Positions 37,548 to 49,237 of a stretch of 64,000 bases of DNA are shown piece by piece. The notes under the pieces were generated by a model. That model ran no database searches, was not told where the DNA came from, and worked only from the letters and a program-made list of their open reading frames with translations. This stretch comes from Basidiobolus meristosporus CBS 931.73 (Eukaryota > Fungi > Basidiobolomycota): the NCBI GenBank assembly GCA_002104905.1, contig MCFE01000058.1, positions 131,200 through 195,199 of the forward strand, written 5' to 3'. Both the position numbers and the translations under genes were made by a program. Every line of letters begins with the position of its first letter. Position 1 is the first letter of the stretch.

Positions 37548-37721
37548 ATGAAGGTCTCTCTGATTGCTCTTACTACTCTACTCGCCGTCCTAGCAACTGT
37601 CAAGGCATCTCCGGTGGATAGAACCCCAGGCAACGAAGGCACTATTGAGGCTCGTGGATGCTGTCAGTGGTATGGTTGCGGTCCTAGCGGAGACAAATGC
37701 TGCTCATACGGATCCTGCTAG
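37548..37721 (+). CDS. Prepro Cys-rich secreted peptide, copy 2: MKVSLIALTTLLAVLATVKASPVDRTPGNEGTIEARGCCQWYGCGPSGDKCCSYGSC
   Basis: As copy 1; identical mature peptide; TATAAA at 37501. Confidence 0.88.
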   Translation: MKVSLIALTTLLAVLATVKASPVDRTPGNEGTIEARGCCQWYGCGPSGDKCCSYGSC

Positions 37722-38944
37722 GCACAGACTGCACTGGATGTCTCAAATAAACTGTTTCCAAGTAGCAAAGTGGCTCACGGTGTTACTGATCTTAAACAAT
37801 AAAGAATGAGATGAAGTCCAGTGAGATTAGAGCAATGTTTTTGTGGTGTTCAAGTTACCCTTAGAGCTGCAATAACTCGGAATGCTAATCAATCAGATCA
37901 TGCATCTTATTTTGATGAGCCGTCTTCACTATAAACCGAGGTCACGTACGGGTATGGGCAAGCTGATCTTAAACAAGATTTGAAATTCTGCTTCACTTCC
38001 CAATAGCCCGTTTATCGATCTAACGTAATAGCACAGCTCCATTCAAAAGCATAACATGCTTGCTCCCAAAAACTCATAGTATTCTTCTGAATGGAGGCAT
38101 GGCTTGATTTTAGGAAGCATCTGTTTCAACGCCGGGATACATTCAAGTCTCCTTTGCCATCCAGGAGCAATCATTGGAGTTTGTGTAATCAATAATACGG
38201 CTTAAGTACGCTGTGTGAGAGAGTGCATCCGGTAACAGTAGTTGCACCAGTGATATTCTTTGTGAATGGCGTTTCACACGTTGAGATCCTATCGGAAACA
38301 ATTCCTCGGAAACCTTGCAATGACGCGCTTTCTTACGTCAATAACTTGCCATTTTGAAAGTCCTTCTGCATTTCAATAACCACTTTCTATTTAACAAAGT
38401 GGCGCATGGTGTACTTATCTTAAACAACTGTTTCGCGGTGCTTAATTGATTGATGTAATGTGCTTTGATTCTCTGATTAAAGCAGATGAGCGATCAACAC
38501 CACTATACAATGAGGTCACGTGGAGGCATATGTTGCATATGATTCCCAAATACTGGCTCACTTCCCAGGAACCTGTTTGGTAACTCCAACCCAAATTTTA
38601 TATATATGATTTAATAACACCCATCCCGGCAAACAGTTCTGTACATGTACCACTCTTTCCATCGTTCCAAGCGGTGGCGTGATTTTGTGTAACTCACTAC
38701 AGTTACATTGGGAATATGCATATGTGCCTGCGATTGAGGAGCGAAACAATTCAAAGATTCGTTGAAGTTGGTGTAATCCATATCAAAGCCGCGCATTATA
38801 GCCCTGTGCAAGAGAATCCATCCTGTATCCAGTAGTATTGAGTAAGAATGTCGTTTCTCACGCCCAGATGCTACCAGATACAATTATAAGAAAGTAGTAT
38901 AAAGGAATACTCTTGCTAGAAGAAACATCAAGTAACTCACCATT

Positions 38945-39118
38945 ATGAAAGTATCTCTAGTTGCACTCACTACTCTCCTCTCCGTTTTAGCTGCTGTCAA
39001 GGCTTCTCCAGTTCATAGTACTCCAAGCAACGAAGGCATAATCGAGGCTCGTGGATGCTGCCAGTGGTATGGCTGTGGACCTGACGGAAACAAATGTTGT
39101 TCATACGGATCCTGCTAG
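38945..39118 (+). CDS. Prepro Cys-rich secreted peptide, copy 3: MKVSLVALTTLLSVLAAVKASPVHSTPSNEGIIEARGCCQWYGCGPDGNKCCSYGSC
   Basis: Many synonymous differences from copies 1/2 with all six Cys kept; TATAAA at 38898. Confidence 0.9.
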   Translation: MKVSLVALTTLLSVLAAVKASPVHSTPSNEGIIEARGCCQWYGCGPDGNKCCSYGSC

Positions 39119-39299
39119 GCAGAGACTGCACAGAAAGTTGCAAATAAACTGCTTCCATGTAACCAAGTAGCTTATAGCGCAACATATGCCTTGAAGTCCA
39201 GGGATATCATAATATTCATTTCTGTTATTTATGAGTTTCTATATCTCCATAACTCTTACAACAATATGCTCATACGTATACATAGTCATTTTGTGCTAC

Positions 39300-39510
39300 T
39301 TGTCTCAAGCGCTGGAAGTTATTGAGGAGCAAGTAGATTATGTTGTTTCACATAATGATTTGCTGAATGTAAAAGTAGTATTACACCTTTACATAGTATT
39401 GGAGGAACAAAAAGCAGGGTATGTTTAGGAGTGCCCCAAAAACATGTGTGCAAAGTTTGGGGCTATTTGGACAGCTCTCAGATATTTCATGTACTGGGTA
39501 CTTGTTGTAT
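39300..39510 (-). mobile_element. Degenerate copia LTR fragment
   Basis: GAGCAAGTAGATTATG..AATGTAAAAGTAGTATT..CATGTGTGCAAAGTTTGGGGCTATTTGGAC matches the family LTR; boundaries approximate. Confidence 0.6.
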
Positions 39511-40676
39511 CCAAGAGAAAAGTGTAACAAAACTCTTTAATGGCTTAACTGAACCAAAGGGGCAATTAAGTGCAGAATCTTAGAATTGCCAGAGAGTGGC
39601 AGAAATATCAGCAGGGAGATTCTGGTCTAATATTGGTGTTGTATATAGCTGGATTTGGCTATAAAGGCCACAGAGTTGGCTTGCTATGCATGCTAGGCTT
39701 GGTGTTCCTAGGAGTGCTAGATATGCTAGGCATGGGTGGAAACTAGAATGGAATTGTTGAATTCTTAATTTTGCTGATACACAATTTTAATTTTGTTGGG
39801 ACACACACCAAACCAAAAGGTTCAGTAAACTTTATTTATACTTTTCTGATCAAGTTGAATTAGTAAGTGCTAAGAGACTGGATTCATTGAAATCAGTATG
39901 GATGTTGATAGGTGCATAAGATAAATGAAAATTGCATCATTGATCAGCAGATATCTTGGCAGCCACTTAGTGTTTGGATAGATCTCAGATGACTAATCTC
40001 TTGGAAAGGCTTAGCAGATCATTCTATGAAAAATAGTTTGGTCCTGTGGGTGGATCTGTTCAGATCAGCCATCAGGAGACCATTATAACACCAGCAACTT
40101 GAAATTAATGACCCTCCACACAATCTTATGTTGGGATCACAACAGTATTTAGCTGATTTTACCACCAAATAAAGTTAAAAACATAACAGTGTTTGGGCAG
40201 TATTTTGCCAAGGGTGGCATGCCATTGTTGCGGTCTTAGTGTGCCCTACAACTATTTGAGTGGATCTGAGCAGTCAGTACATCCAATTGCCTTATATGGC
40301 AAAAAACATGATGGTGTTCTGACTGCCTCATGGTAAGCCTCTGATGAAATTGTCATGGCAGTATGGTAGCCTACAGCTAGTTCTATATAATGCTACCATA
40401 CCAATTTACCAACTGGTATTTCCTTTTTCTACCTCCCCTTGCGTAATTCATAAATTCCACTGTAGAGTCACCCCTCTCTATTTGCTTACCCACCACTACC
40501 TTGGGTATTCTACTTATAATTTAAATAAAAAAAACTATGGCCTCCTGCTTACTAACCTCTACATATGCACACACCTGCTCCAATCAACATACCTCTGTCA
40601 CCTCAACTTTATGGCTTTTTAGTGTGATACTTGCAAAATTGCCATATACCTTGTATTGCTGGTAACATATACATCT

Positions 40677-41170
40677 TGTTGTAAAAATTTGTATTTCCAC
40701 CTAAATATTCACCTGACTCAGTCACTTAGATCATTACCTTCAAATCCTAGAGAATACTGACCAAATTCCTTGTCAGGATTTACTTAGAATATTTCCACCA
40801 AAATACCAGGTACCCACAACATGAAAATTCTCAAAGTTGTCTAAACAGCCCCAAACTTTGCACACATGTTCTTGGGACCTTCCTTAACCTATTCTACGTG
40901 TTTGTAATGCCAAGACCAGGTAAAAGTATAAATACTACTTTTACATTCAATAAATCATTAAGTGAAAACCGCATAATCACATGTGTGCAATGCTTGGGGC
41001 TGTTTGGACAACTTTGAGAATTTTCATGTTCTGGGTACGTGGTATTTTGGTGAAAATATTCTGAGTAGAACCTGACAAGGAATTTGGTCAGTATTCTGTA
41101 GGATTTGAAGTTAATGATCTAAGTGACTAAGTTAGGTGAATATTAAGGTGGAAATACCAATTTTACAACA
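40677..41170. repeat. Two partial copia LTRs in inverted orientation (40677-40977 plus; 40979-41170 minus)
   Basis: TGTTGTAAAA at 40677 and TTTTACAACA ending 41170; the first ~190 bp of the LTR is present in both orientations. Confidence 0.8.
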
Positions 41171-43651
41171 GTTTGGTAATTTGACCAAGTCCCAAGTTTG
41201 ATTTTCCATCAGGGCCTTATATTTGTCAGTCATTGCAGATCTCCAAAACTTTGTCTGAGAGCTATTTAAGGCCTCTTTTACAGTCTGGGGCTCATCAATA
41301 TGTACTGAATAGGCATAGACTAAGTTTGTACCCTCATTGATATAGTAGTTTGGACTATTTCTTGTCCAATTGGATCTCTAGGCACTTGATACAGGAATGA
41401 TCACTTCTGGGATATTCCTTGGCACTGCTCCAGGCTGAACCATGGCTATAGAGTACTCTGGAGTGAAAAAATTTTCATTGTTTTGCTCTGATTAAATCCT
41501 GACAATTGGACTTGAGATCAGATTTTTGTCATCATCTGATGTCATTTTTTGTGAGAATTTTGAATTTTCATCAAAAAACACATCCCTGCACTTGATTAGC
41601 TTCTTTGCTTTGGTATTGTAGAGTCTGTATGCATTACTTTCATGTAGTAGCCCAAAAATATGCATTTTGCACTTTTTGGCTCAAATCTTGACTGAATTCT
41701 GCGGAGTTTCTTGGCATATGCTGTACACCCAAATATTCTTAGATGTTCTGCACTTGGTCAGTATCCATACAATGCCAAAAATGGTGTAAAGTCATAAAGT
41801 ATTCTGTTATAACTCCCATTGTTAAGGTATACAGCTGTGGCAACTGATTCCACCCAAAAATCATAGGACAATTTTTGATCATGGATCATAGATCTTGCTA
41901 TATCAATTATTAATCTGTTTGCCCAATCTGATACTCCATTTTGCTGTGGGCAGTATGGTACAGTAGTCTCTTGCTTTATCCCATGAATTATGCAGAAGTG
42001 GATGAAGAGTTTTGAGGTATATTCTTTGCCATTGTCAGCATGTATTTTCTTGATTTTTTCACCAGTTTCTCTCTCCACCATGACTTTAAGCTCCCTGAGC
42101 TTAGACAGAGCTTCTTCCTTTCTCTCCATGAAGTAGACCCATGTGTATCTTGTATAATCATCAATAAGAGTGATTAAATACTTCATCCCACCTAAGGATA
42201 AACTTTGCATAGGCCCACACAGATCTGAGTGAATTAGATCGAATTTCTTCTTAGTTTTGATCAACCCAGAGCTCTTGAACAGTTATCTGGGTTGCTTCCC
42301 ATATATCAGGTGTTACAGTGCTCCAAATTAGCTGGGGGATCAATTTTTACTCCAAAATTAGCTAATCTTTGATCAATTTGTGATATAATCAAAATTGATG
42401 TGCCCAAATCCCCTATGCCAATGCATTGGTGTATCTTCATTTGAGTTACTTATATTGGCTTCCAGATATGATGGGATATAAGTCAACTTGTATAGATTCT
42501 GATTTCTGATACCCAAAGCAATATAGGCACCATTTTGATCAGTGAACCTGCATCTGGAATAGTCAAAGCTGAAACTGAGTCCTTCCACTGTGGCCTAGCT
42601 TACAGATAGTAGGTACTTGACTATTTCTGGTACATAAAGCACTTCATTAATGGTCAGTGAATGGCTTCCTTCACTGCTTCTTAGATATACTTGGATGGTT
42701 CCTTCTCCCACTGCATCAAATGTTCTATGGTCACCCATGAACAACCTTCTAAGTTGGAATTTTTGATTTTGGGTAAAAAGTTCTTTTTGGTGTGTAAAGT
42801 TTTGAGATGCTCCAGAGTCAATATACCATGTCTGAGATTTGCTGTTTGTGGTCATATTTAGTGCAGATTTGAATAGTCTATCTTCAGTTGTTGTAGCAGT
42901 TCCATATTCAGGCTTTTTCTGCTGACTATCTCTCTTTTTGAAGCACCAATCTGATGTGTTGTTTCCATTTGCAGTAGTTACAAGACAGGTGGCTATTGCC
43001 TTCAAAAGGTCTTGGGTATCTCCTTTGTTAACTATCACTACTTATTAAAGCATTTTCTTCTTCCTTCTTATTGGTGCTTGATTTTCTCAATTCTTCATCC
43101 AGGAGCCTTCCATATACATAATTTAAGGTCAAATCTTCAGTTCTAGACTCCAGGGCTGATGCAAGGTCACTTTCTTGTAGCAGCATCTTCAACTTTACCT
43201 TCAACACTTGGTAGTTTGACCCATCCAACTTTTCAGCAGAGGGAAAAATTCCAGTAATAGCAGTGGTAGACAATGCAGAGCATTACAGCTTGGGGCTCAT
43301 AATCTGTTGTAAGAGTCTTGGAGATATTAGAAGTGATTGGGAGGACAAGTAGATTATGTGGTTTTCACTTAATGATTTATTGATTGTAAAAGTAGTATTT
43401 ATACTTTCATATGGTCTTGGCATAGCAAACACATAGAATAGGCTAACAAAGGTCCCAAGAACATGCATGCAAAGTTTGGGGCTGTTTGGACAACTTTGAG
43501 AATTTCATGTTCTGGTTACCTGGTGCTTTGATGAAGATATTCTAAGTAAACCCCAACAAGGAATTAGTCAGTATTCTCTATGATTTGAAGGTAGTGATCT
43601 CAGTGACTAAGATAGGTGAGTATTTAGGTAGAATTACAGGTTCTTACAACA
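41171..43651 (-). mobile_element. Copia 5' LTR (43305-43651), PBS, internally deleted gag, PR and IN; truncated at the start of RT
   Basis: PBS GATTATGAGCCCC; YIDSGASQ, WHRGFGH, DLCGPMQ, LIDDYTR; stops and frameshifts. Confidence 0.88.
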
Positions 43652-44309
43652 GCACTGTGGTTAAGAAAACACTTTAAAGACTTTAGGTTTCAAGTCAAAA
43701 AATGCATATTATATTATTTCAAGGTAATTAAAGATGTATGCAATAGGTAGATATCCAACTTTTCATGTTACAGCTAATCACATATATATTAGATGTCATT
43801 TAATATGTGGAGCTATAGAGAATAGCTTAGTTAGCTTAGCTTACTGTCCTACAGATGAAATGATTGCAGACATATTAACAAAGCCATTAGCTAGGGACAA
43901 ATATGAATATCTAAGGTCCAAGTTAGGACTGGGCAGAATGAGCATTTATGTGAGTGGAAGTGTTGTAAATATTTGTAATTCCACCTAAATATTCATCTAA
44001 CTGAGTCACTTATACCATTACCCACAAATCTTAGACAATACTGACCAAATTCCTTGTTGGGATTTACTTAAAATATTCTCACCCAAATATTGAGTACCTA
44101 GAGCATGAATATTCTCAAAGTTGTGCAAACAGCCCCAAAACTTGCACACATGCTCTCAGGACCTTCAAAAACCCATTTCCTGTGTTTGTTTGGCCAAGAC
44201 CATGTAAAAGTATAAATACTACTTTTACATTCAATAAATCAATAAGTGAAATCCATGTGATATGCTTGTTCTCCCAATCACTTTCAATATCTCCCAGACT
44301 CTTACAGCA
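43652..44309 (+). mobile_element. Degenerate copia RNase H end, PPT and LTR (43961-44309)
   Basis: DEMIADILTKPLARDKYEYLRSKLG; TGAGTGGAAG then TGTTGTAA...TTACAGCA. Confidence 0.85.
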
Positions 44310-44699
44310 AAATATAGATGTAATTACAAAAGTGCAGCAATTATTTCAGTGTCTCTTAGAAGTGGTCTTTAACAAAAGTAGGGATGGGTAAAATGGCAGG
44401 TTACCTATGCTTTGAGGTGCATATTCTTACTTTTGTGAAGCTTCATGTAAAGCTTAGTCCAGAGATGAAGCACTATAACAGGAAACAAGGGAAAAATAAA
44501 CGCACCAAGCGCTACATGGTTGTAGGGTGTCTTATGGAGGTCTGGGATTGTAGAGCAGAGACAATGATAAACCTGTCCAGTTTGGTAAAATATCTTTCCT
44601 TAGCGGATACAGGCGATGGCAAAACCTCAATACTGTAAACACAAGCTATTGCGTAATTAGTATGAAAGCACATAATATCAGAGATCGAAAGAGTCGCAG

Positions 44700-45187
44700 A
44701 GAAACTCAAATTATGCATGCCTTCTGTCTGATCTGGTTAGCATCAACAAAGGGGACTTGGGTAAAAGTTTATAACCAAGAGGCAACGGAGCATATGACAC
44801 AACCGATATTTTCAGCGCCAATGATACTGGAGGATGCGGCGCCGGTACTTACAGTGGGGCTGGCAACGAAAATGGCGGTAGTGGCAGTAATGGCGATGTT
44901 AACGGAGATAGAGGTAAAGGTAGTGGTGACTATAATTCTGGATGTGGCAGTGCTGGAAATAGAAACAGCGCTAACAGTGATGATAATGGGGTGGTAGTGG
45001 TAGTAGCGGTAGTGGTAATAATGCAAATACTACTGGTGCTTGGAACGGAGTGGCTGACAATGATAGTGAGAATGGAAATACAGGAGACGTAACTGGAGGT
45101 GGTAGTGCCAGTGTTTGAGGTACTGCAAACGACAATGAAGGTAATGCCAATGGTTGTATCACCGAAAGCAAAGAACAGTGTAACTAA
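44700..45187 (+). pseudogene. Gly/Asn/Ser-rich ORF remnant, unit 1
   Basis: Frame PRGNGAYDTTDIFSANDTGGCGAGTYSGAGNENGG...TESKEQCN-TAA with stops/frameshift; start uncertain. Confidence 0.5.
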
Positions 45188-45589
45188 AATGTAACATCCG
45201 AGTATTTGTAGCTCTGTAAAGTACTACCATTATAATGACTCTTAGTCTCAGACCAACGGCTCTAGTGTACTATGGTTTAATCTGCTCCTCATGACCCTAC
45301 TTGGTTCTCCCAGAGTATTCAAGACATCCACATGGTGGACTGCTGCTTACAGCCCTTAGAACTAATGCCCACTTTAAGCCATAGCAATTGTTACCTCGTA
45401 AATGCCTGCTATTCCTGTGATCGCGTTTTACGGTCGGTAATACATACATCAATAACCTTGATACTCTTGTCCATTTATAAAGTTATGTTTGCTTGCACGG
45501 TTTATTAATATGTACTTGGATACTATGCGTAGTCGTCTTTTCTCTATATAATCAATCTGGACCAAAGCCAGATAGCCGACGTGTCATTT

Positions 45590-46258
45590 CTAACAGTCAT
45601 AATTCTCATAAGGATTCATGGTATACGGAGCTTTGTAGCCATCCTTTGGCATCATGGGCAGCACCACACTACTGCGAAGTCCATTCTTGATCATGTTCTC
45701 GGTAGCCGGGATGATTGTGTTGTACTCAGAGCCAGGGCCATGGGGGATCATGCACACTCGCTCTCCAACACAGTTGGACTCGCTGTAAAAGCAATAGATA
45801 GCCTCGGTGGGCCAGTATAGGACAAAGCCTCCGTTATTTTCAACAGGGTCGATGTTCGCACACTGCCTAAACTCTGGATATGTGATGGGGAAGCCATCCA
45901 CGCCGCTAGCACCATTGGCTAAAGAGATTGTCGCGGTTGCGGCAACAGCTTCGTTGACATCGTTATCCTCAATGGCCTTTTGGTTGGAGGGGCTTGTCCA
46001 GATCAGAAACTTGGCATCCAGCTCTGTAGCCACCACCCCAGAGAACCATGCGGGATTACAAACTGGAAAGCCGCCGTACAGATTCTGCGCCTCCGTGGAG
46101 TTGTTGCAAGGAACATCGACAGGATACTCTTGCGCAATCAGTGTGGAAGTCAGGGCAGGGATCTTCCCTGTGAGGTCAAGAGCAATGCCGATGGGCTTGG
46201 CTAAGGCAGAAGTAGCAAGCACGGTCCAAACAGCTAGGTCAGTCAGGCGAAGTTGCAT
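45590..46258 (-). CDS. Secreted 222-aa Cys-containing protein, copy 1
   Basis: Start MQLRLTDLAVWTVLATSALA (signal peptide) at 46258; TATAAAA 55 nt upstream; six conserved Cys plus a terminal Cys unique to this copy. Confidence 0.85.
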   Translation of the reverse strand: MQLRLTDLAVWTVLATSALAKPIGIALDLTGKIPALTSTLIAQEYPVDVPCNNSTEAQNLYGGFPVCNPAWFSGVVATELDAKFLIWTSPSNQKAIEDNDVNEAVAATATISLANGASGVDGFPITYPEFRQCANIDPVENNGGFVLYWPTEAIYCFYSESNCVGERVCMIPHGPGSEYNTIIPATENMIKNGLRSSVVLPMMPKDGYKAPYTMNPYENYDC

Positions 46259-47772
46259 ATTAATCTTGTGGGTTGGGATGATCCACAACTACGCGCAAAT
46301 CACCCATTTTATATCGATGATGCACTTGCACCCCTCCAATGTCTGACTGATGGCTTATCGCAGTAGAAATTCCAGCCTTCTGCTTTTTGTTTGCTATCAT
46401 CTTTCTTTCATATTCTACCTAACACTGGGCGGTAACAGAATCCTAACTACACCAAGGGCCATACGGAGTTATTCGTGAAAGTAGAATATTCCAACACGTT
46501 ACTCGATTTAGTGATACAGCATTCTAGCTGCCTCTTACCCACCAACTTGGTGGAGTGGTGCTCAAACACTAGGCACAGATCACAGTCGATTGATTTACCA
46601 AATGAGGAGATAAATAGAAACCGATATCAAATGCAAGACCAAACGGGGTATATCCTTGTATTCATATCACATATCAACTTACTCCTACAAAATTAACCCA
46701 GCGTGCAAGATGCGAATTAAGTGGATGGTCTGCAAAGTTTGTTGTTATGGGTCTCAGGATGAGTGATAATATAGTCAGTGAAGATTCGTTTGGTAGGTGA
46801 TGGGATCGGACATTGTAGGCATTGGTGTACCATCTGAGTTGCGCATTAGCCTTCCTCGCTTCACATAATGAATAGCCTCAGTTTGAGCGGCCGCGAAGAC
46901 TGAAAACTAACCTTGTTTGGCCTATCACTCCATACTGGGTGATCCTTTTTTATACATCATGACCTAGAATCAATGTAACCTGCGCCAAGCCAGTGTTCTA
47001 TTTTAGTTAGGCTTCCATTTCGATTGCCTGTAAACCGTTATGTGCTTTGGCTTCTGACGTAATGCGCTGACAAGGGATAAATGCGGTAAGAGAAAGTAGT
47101 TATCATGGGCATTCTTTATTGCTGATCTGAAGTAGTTGGATCGATTTGCATGGGGCTAAGGAAATCTGTAGATGCCAGGATCATTACTTATTTCAGATAT
47201 TATGAGTATACTAAGTAAAGCTTTGTCAATATAATGAAGTGAGTTGGTGAACATGACATCCAAATGGAGTGTAGGCATCGATGTACCCTCTCTACAGAAA
47301 CTCATGTAGCTTAGGCAAGCATCCTTGGAGTCCTGAGAAAGCTTAGTAAGCCCTTTCATCTGAGTGTCTCCTAGAAGTAGTCTGCAACATGAGTAGGAAT
47401 GGGTGAGATGACATATTACCCAAGCTTTGAGGTGCACATTCTTACCGCTGTGAAGCCTCAAGTAAAGCCTCCCCTAGGGTAAAGCATCATGATAGGGTAT
47501 AAGGGAAAAATAAGAGCTACATGTTCGTAAGGTATTTTATGGAGATCTAGGGTCATAAAGCAGAGGCAATACATGGTAAAACAGTCCAGTTCGGTATACA
47601 CTCTTTGTAGCTGAGACAGGGGAAGGCAAAACCCCAACACTGTACACACAAGCAATACATTTGATTGAGCCTGTTTCACCTATGTGCACATGATATCCTC
47701 AAACGTATAGTAATGTGCGCCTTTATCATAGTAGCAATCAGCGATGGGGCGTAGAGTAGATGATTACAGACA

Positions 47773-48175
47773 AGAGGTAATGGCGCATACGACACAATCG
47801 ATATTTTAGGCGCCAACGATACTAGGAGAAATGGCGGTAATGGCGATGATAGCTGAAATTGAGGCAAAGGTAGTGGTGAGTTTAATTCTGTATGTAGCGG
47901 TGCTGGCAATGGCTATAACGGTTACAGTAGTGGTAGTGGTAATAATTCAAATAGTAGTGGTGCTACCGATACTGACAGCGATAGAGGCGGCAGTGGTGGT
48001 GCTGGGAACGGAGTGGCTAACGATGGTAGTAAGAATGGAAATACAGGAGACGTGGCTGGAGGTTGTAATTTGGTAAGTATTAGTGCCAGTGATAAAGGTG
48101 CGGGGAGCGGAAATGGAGGTAACGACGATGGCGGTGGTAACGAAAGCGGAGACCAGTACAACTAAAATGATACAT
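47773..48175 (+). pseudogene. Gly/Asn/Ser-rich ORF remnant, unit 2
   Basis: RGNGAYDTIDILGAND...NESGDQYN-TAA with two in-frame TGA; coordinates approximate. Confidence 0.5.
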
Positions 48176-48568
48176 ACGATAATTTGTAACTCGGTAAGTA
48201 GCTAATATGAAAGTACCTCTTAGTCTTAGACCAACGTACGCTGGTGTACTACGGTTTAATCTGCTTCTTATGACCCTACTAGGTTCTCCTAGAGTATTCA
48301 AGATATCCACATGGTGGACTGCTGCTTACAGCCCTTAGAACTAATGCCCACTTTAAGCCATAGCAATTGTTACCTCGTAAATGTCTGCTATTCCTGTGAT
48401 CGCGTTTTGCAGTCTGTAATACATACATCAATAACCTTGATACTCTTGTCCATTTATAAAGTTATGTTTGCTTGTAAGGTTTATTAATATGTACTTGGAT
48501 ACTATGCGTAGTCGTCTTTTCTCTATATAATCAATCTGGACCAAAGCCAGATAGCCAACGCGCCATCT

Positions 48569-49237
48569 CTAATAGTCATAATTCTCATAAGGATTCATGG
48601 TATACGGAGCTTTGTAGCCATCCTTTGGCATCATGGGCAGCACCACACTACTGCGAAGTCCATTCTTGATCATGTTCTCGGTAGCCGGGATGATTGTGTT
48701 GTACTCAGAGCCAGGGCCATGGGGGATCATGCACACTCGCTCTCCAACACAGTTGGACTCGCTGTAAAAGCAATAGATAGCCTCGGTGGGCCAGTATAGG
48801 ACAAAGCCTCCGTTATTTTCAACAGGGTCGATGTTCGCACACTGCCTAAACTCTGGATATGTGATGGGGAAGCCATCCACGCCGCTAGCACCATTGGCTA
48901 AAGAGATTGTCGCGGTTGCGGCAACAGCTTCGTTGACATCGTTATCCTCAATGGCCTTTTGGTTGGAGGGGCTTGTCCAGATCAGAAACTTGGCATCCAG
49001 CTCTGTAGCCACCACCCCAGAGAACCATGCGGGGTTACAAACTGGAAAGCCTCCGTACAGATTCTGCGCCTCTGTGGAGTTGTTGCAAGGAACATCGACA
49101 GGATACTCTTGCGCAATCGGTGTGGAAGTCAGGGCAGGGATCTTCCCTGTGAGGTCAAGAGCAATGCCGATGGGCTTGGCTAAGGCAGAAGTAGCAAGCA
49201 CGGTCCAAACAGCTAGGTCAGTCAGGCGAAGTTGCAT
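48569..49237 (-). CDS. Secreted 222-aa Cys-containing protein, copy 2
   Basis: About 99% identical to copies 1 and 3; TATAAAA 55 nt upstream of ATG. Confidence 0.85.
   Translation of the reverse strand: MQLRLTDLAVWTVLATSALAKPIGIALDLTGKIPALTSTPIAQEYPVDVPCNNSTEAQNLYGGFPVCNPAWFSGVVATELDAKFLIWTSPSNQKAIEDNDVNEAVAATATISLANGASGVDGFPITYPEFRQCANIDPVENNGGFVLYWPTEAIYCFYSESNCVGERVCMIPHGPGSEYNTIIPATENMIKNGLRSSVVLPMMPKDGYKAPYTMNPYENYDY

Noticed and set aside
39510-40676. AT-rich CpG-poor stretch that may be a decayed transposon
   Set aside because: No frame or terminus that I could assign with confidence.
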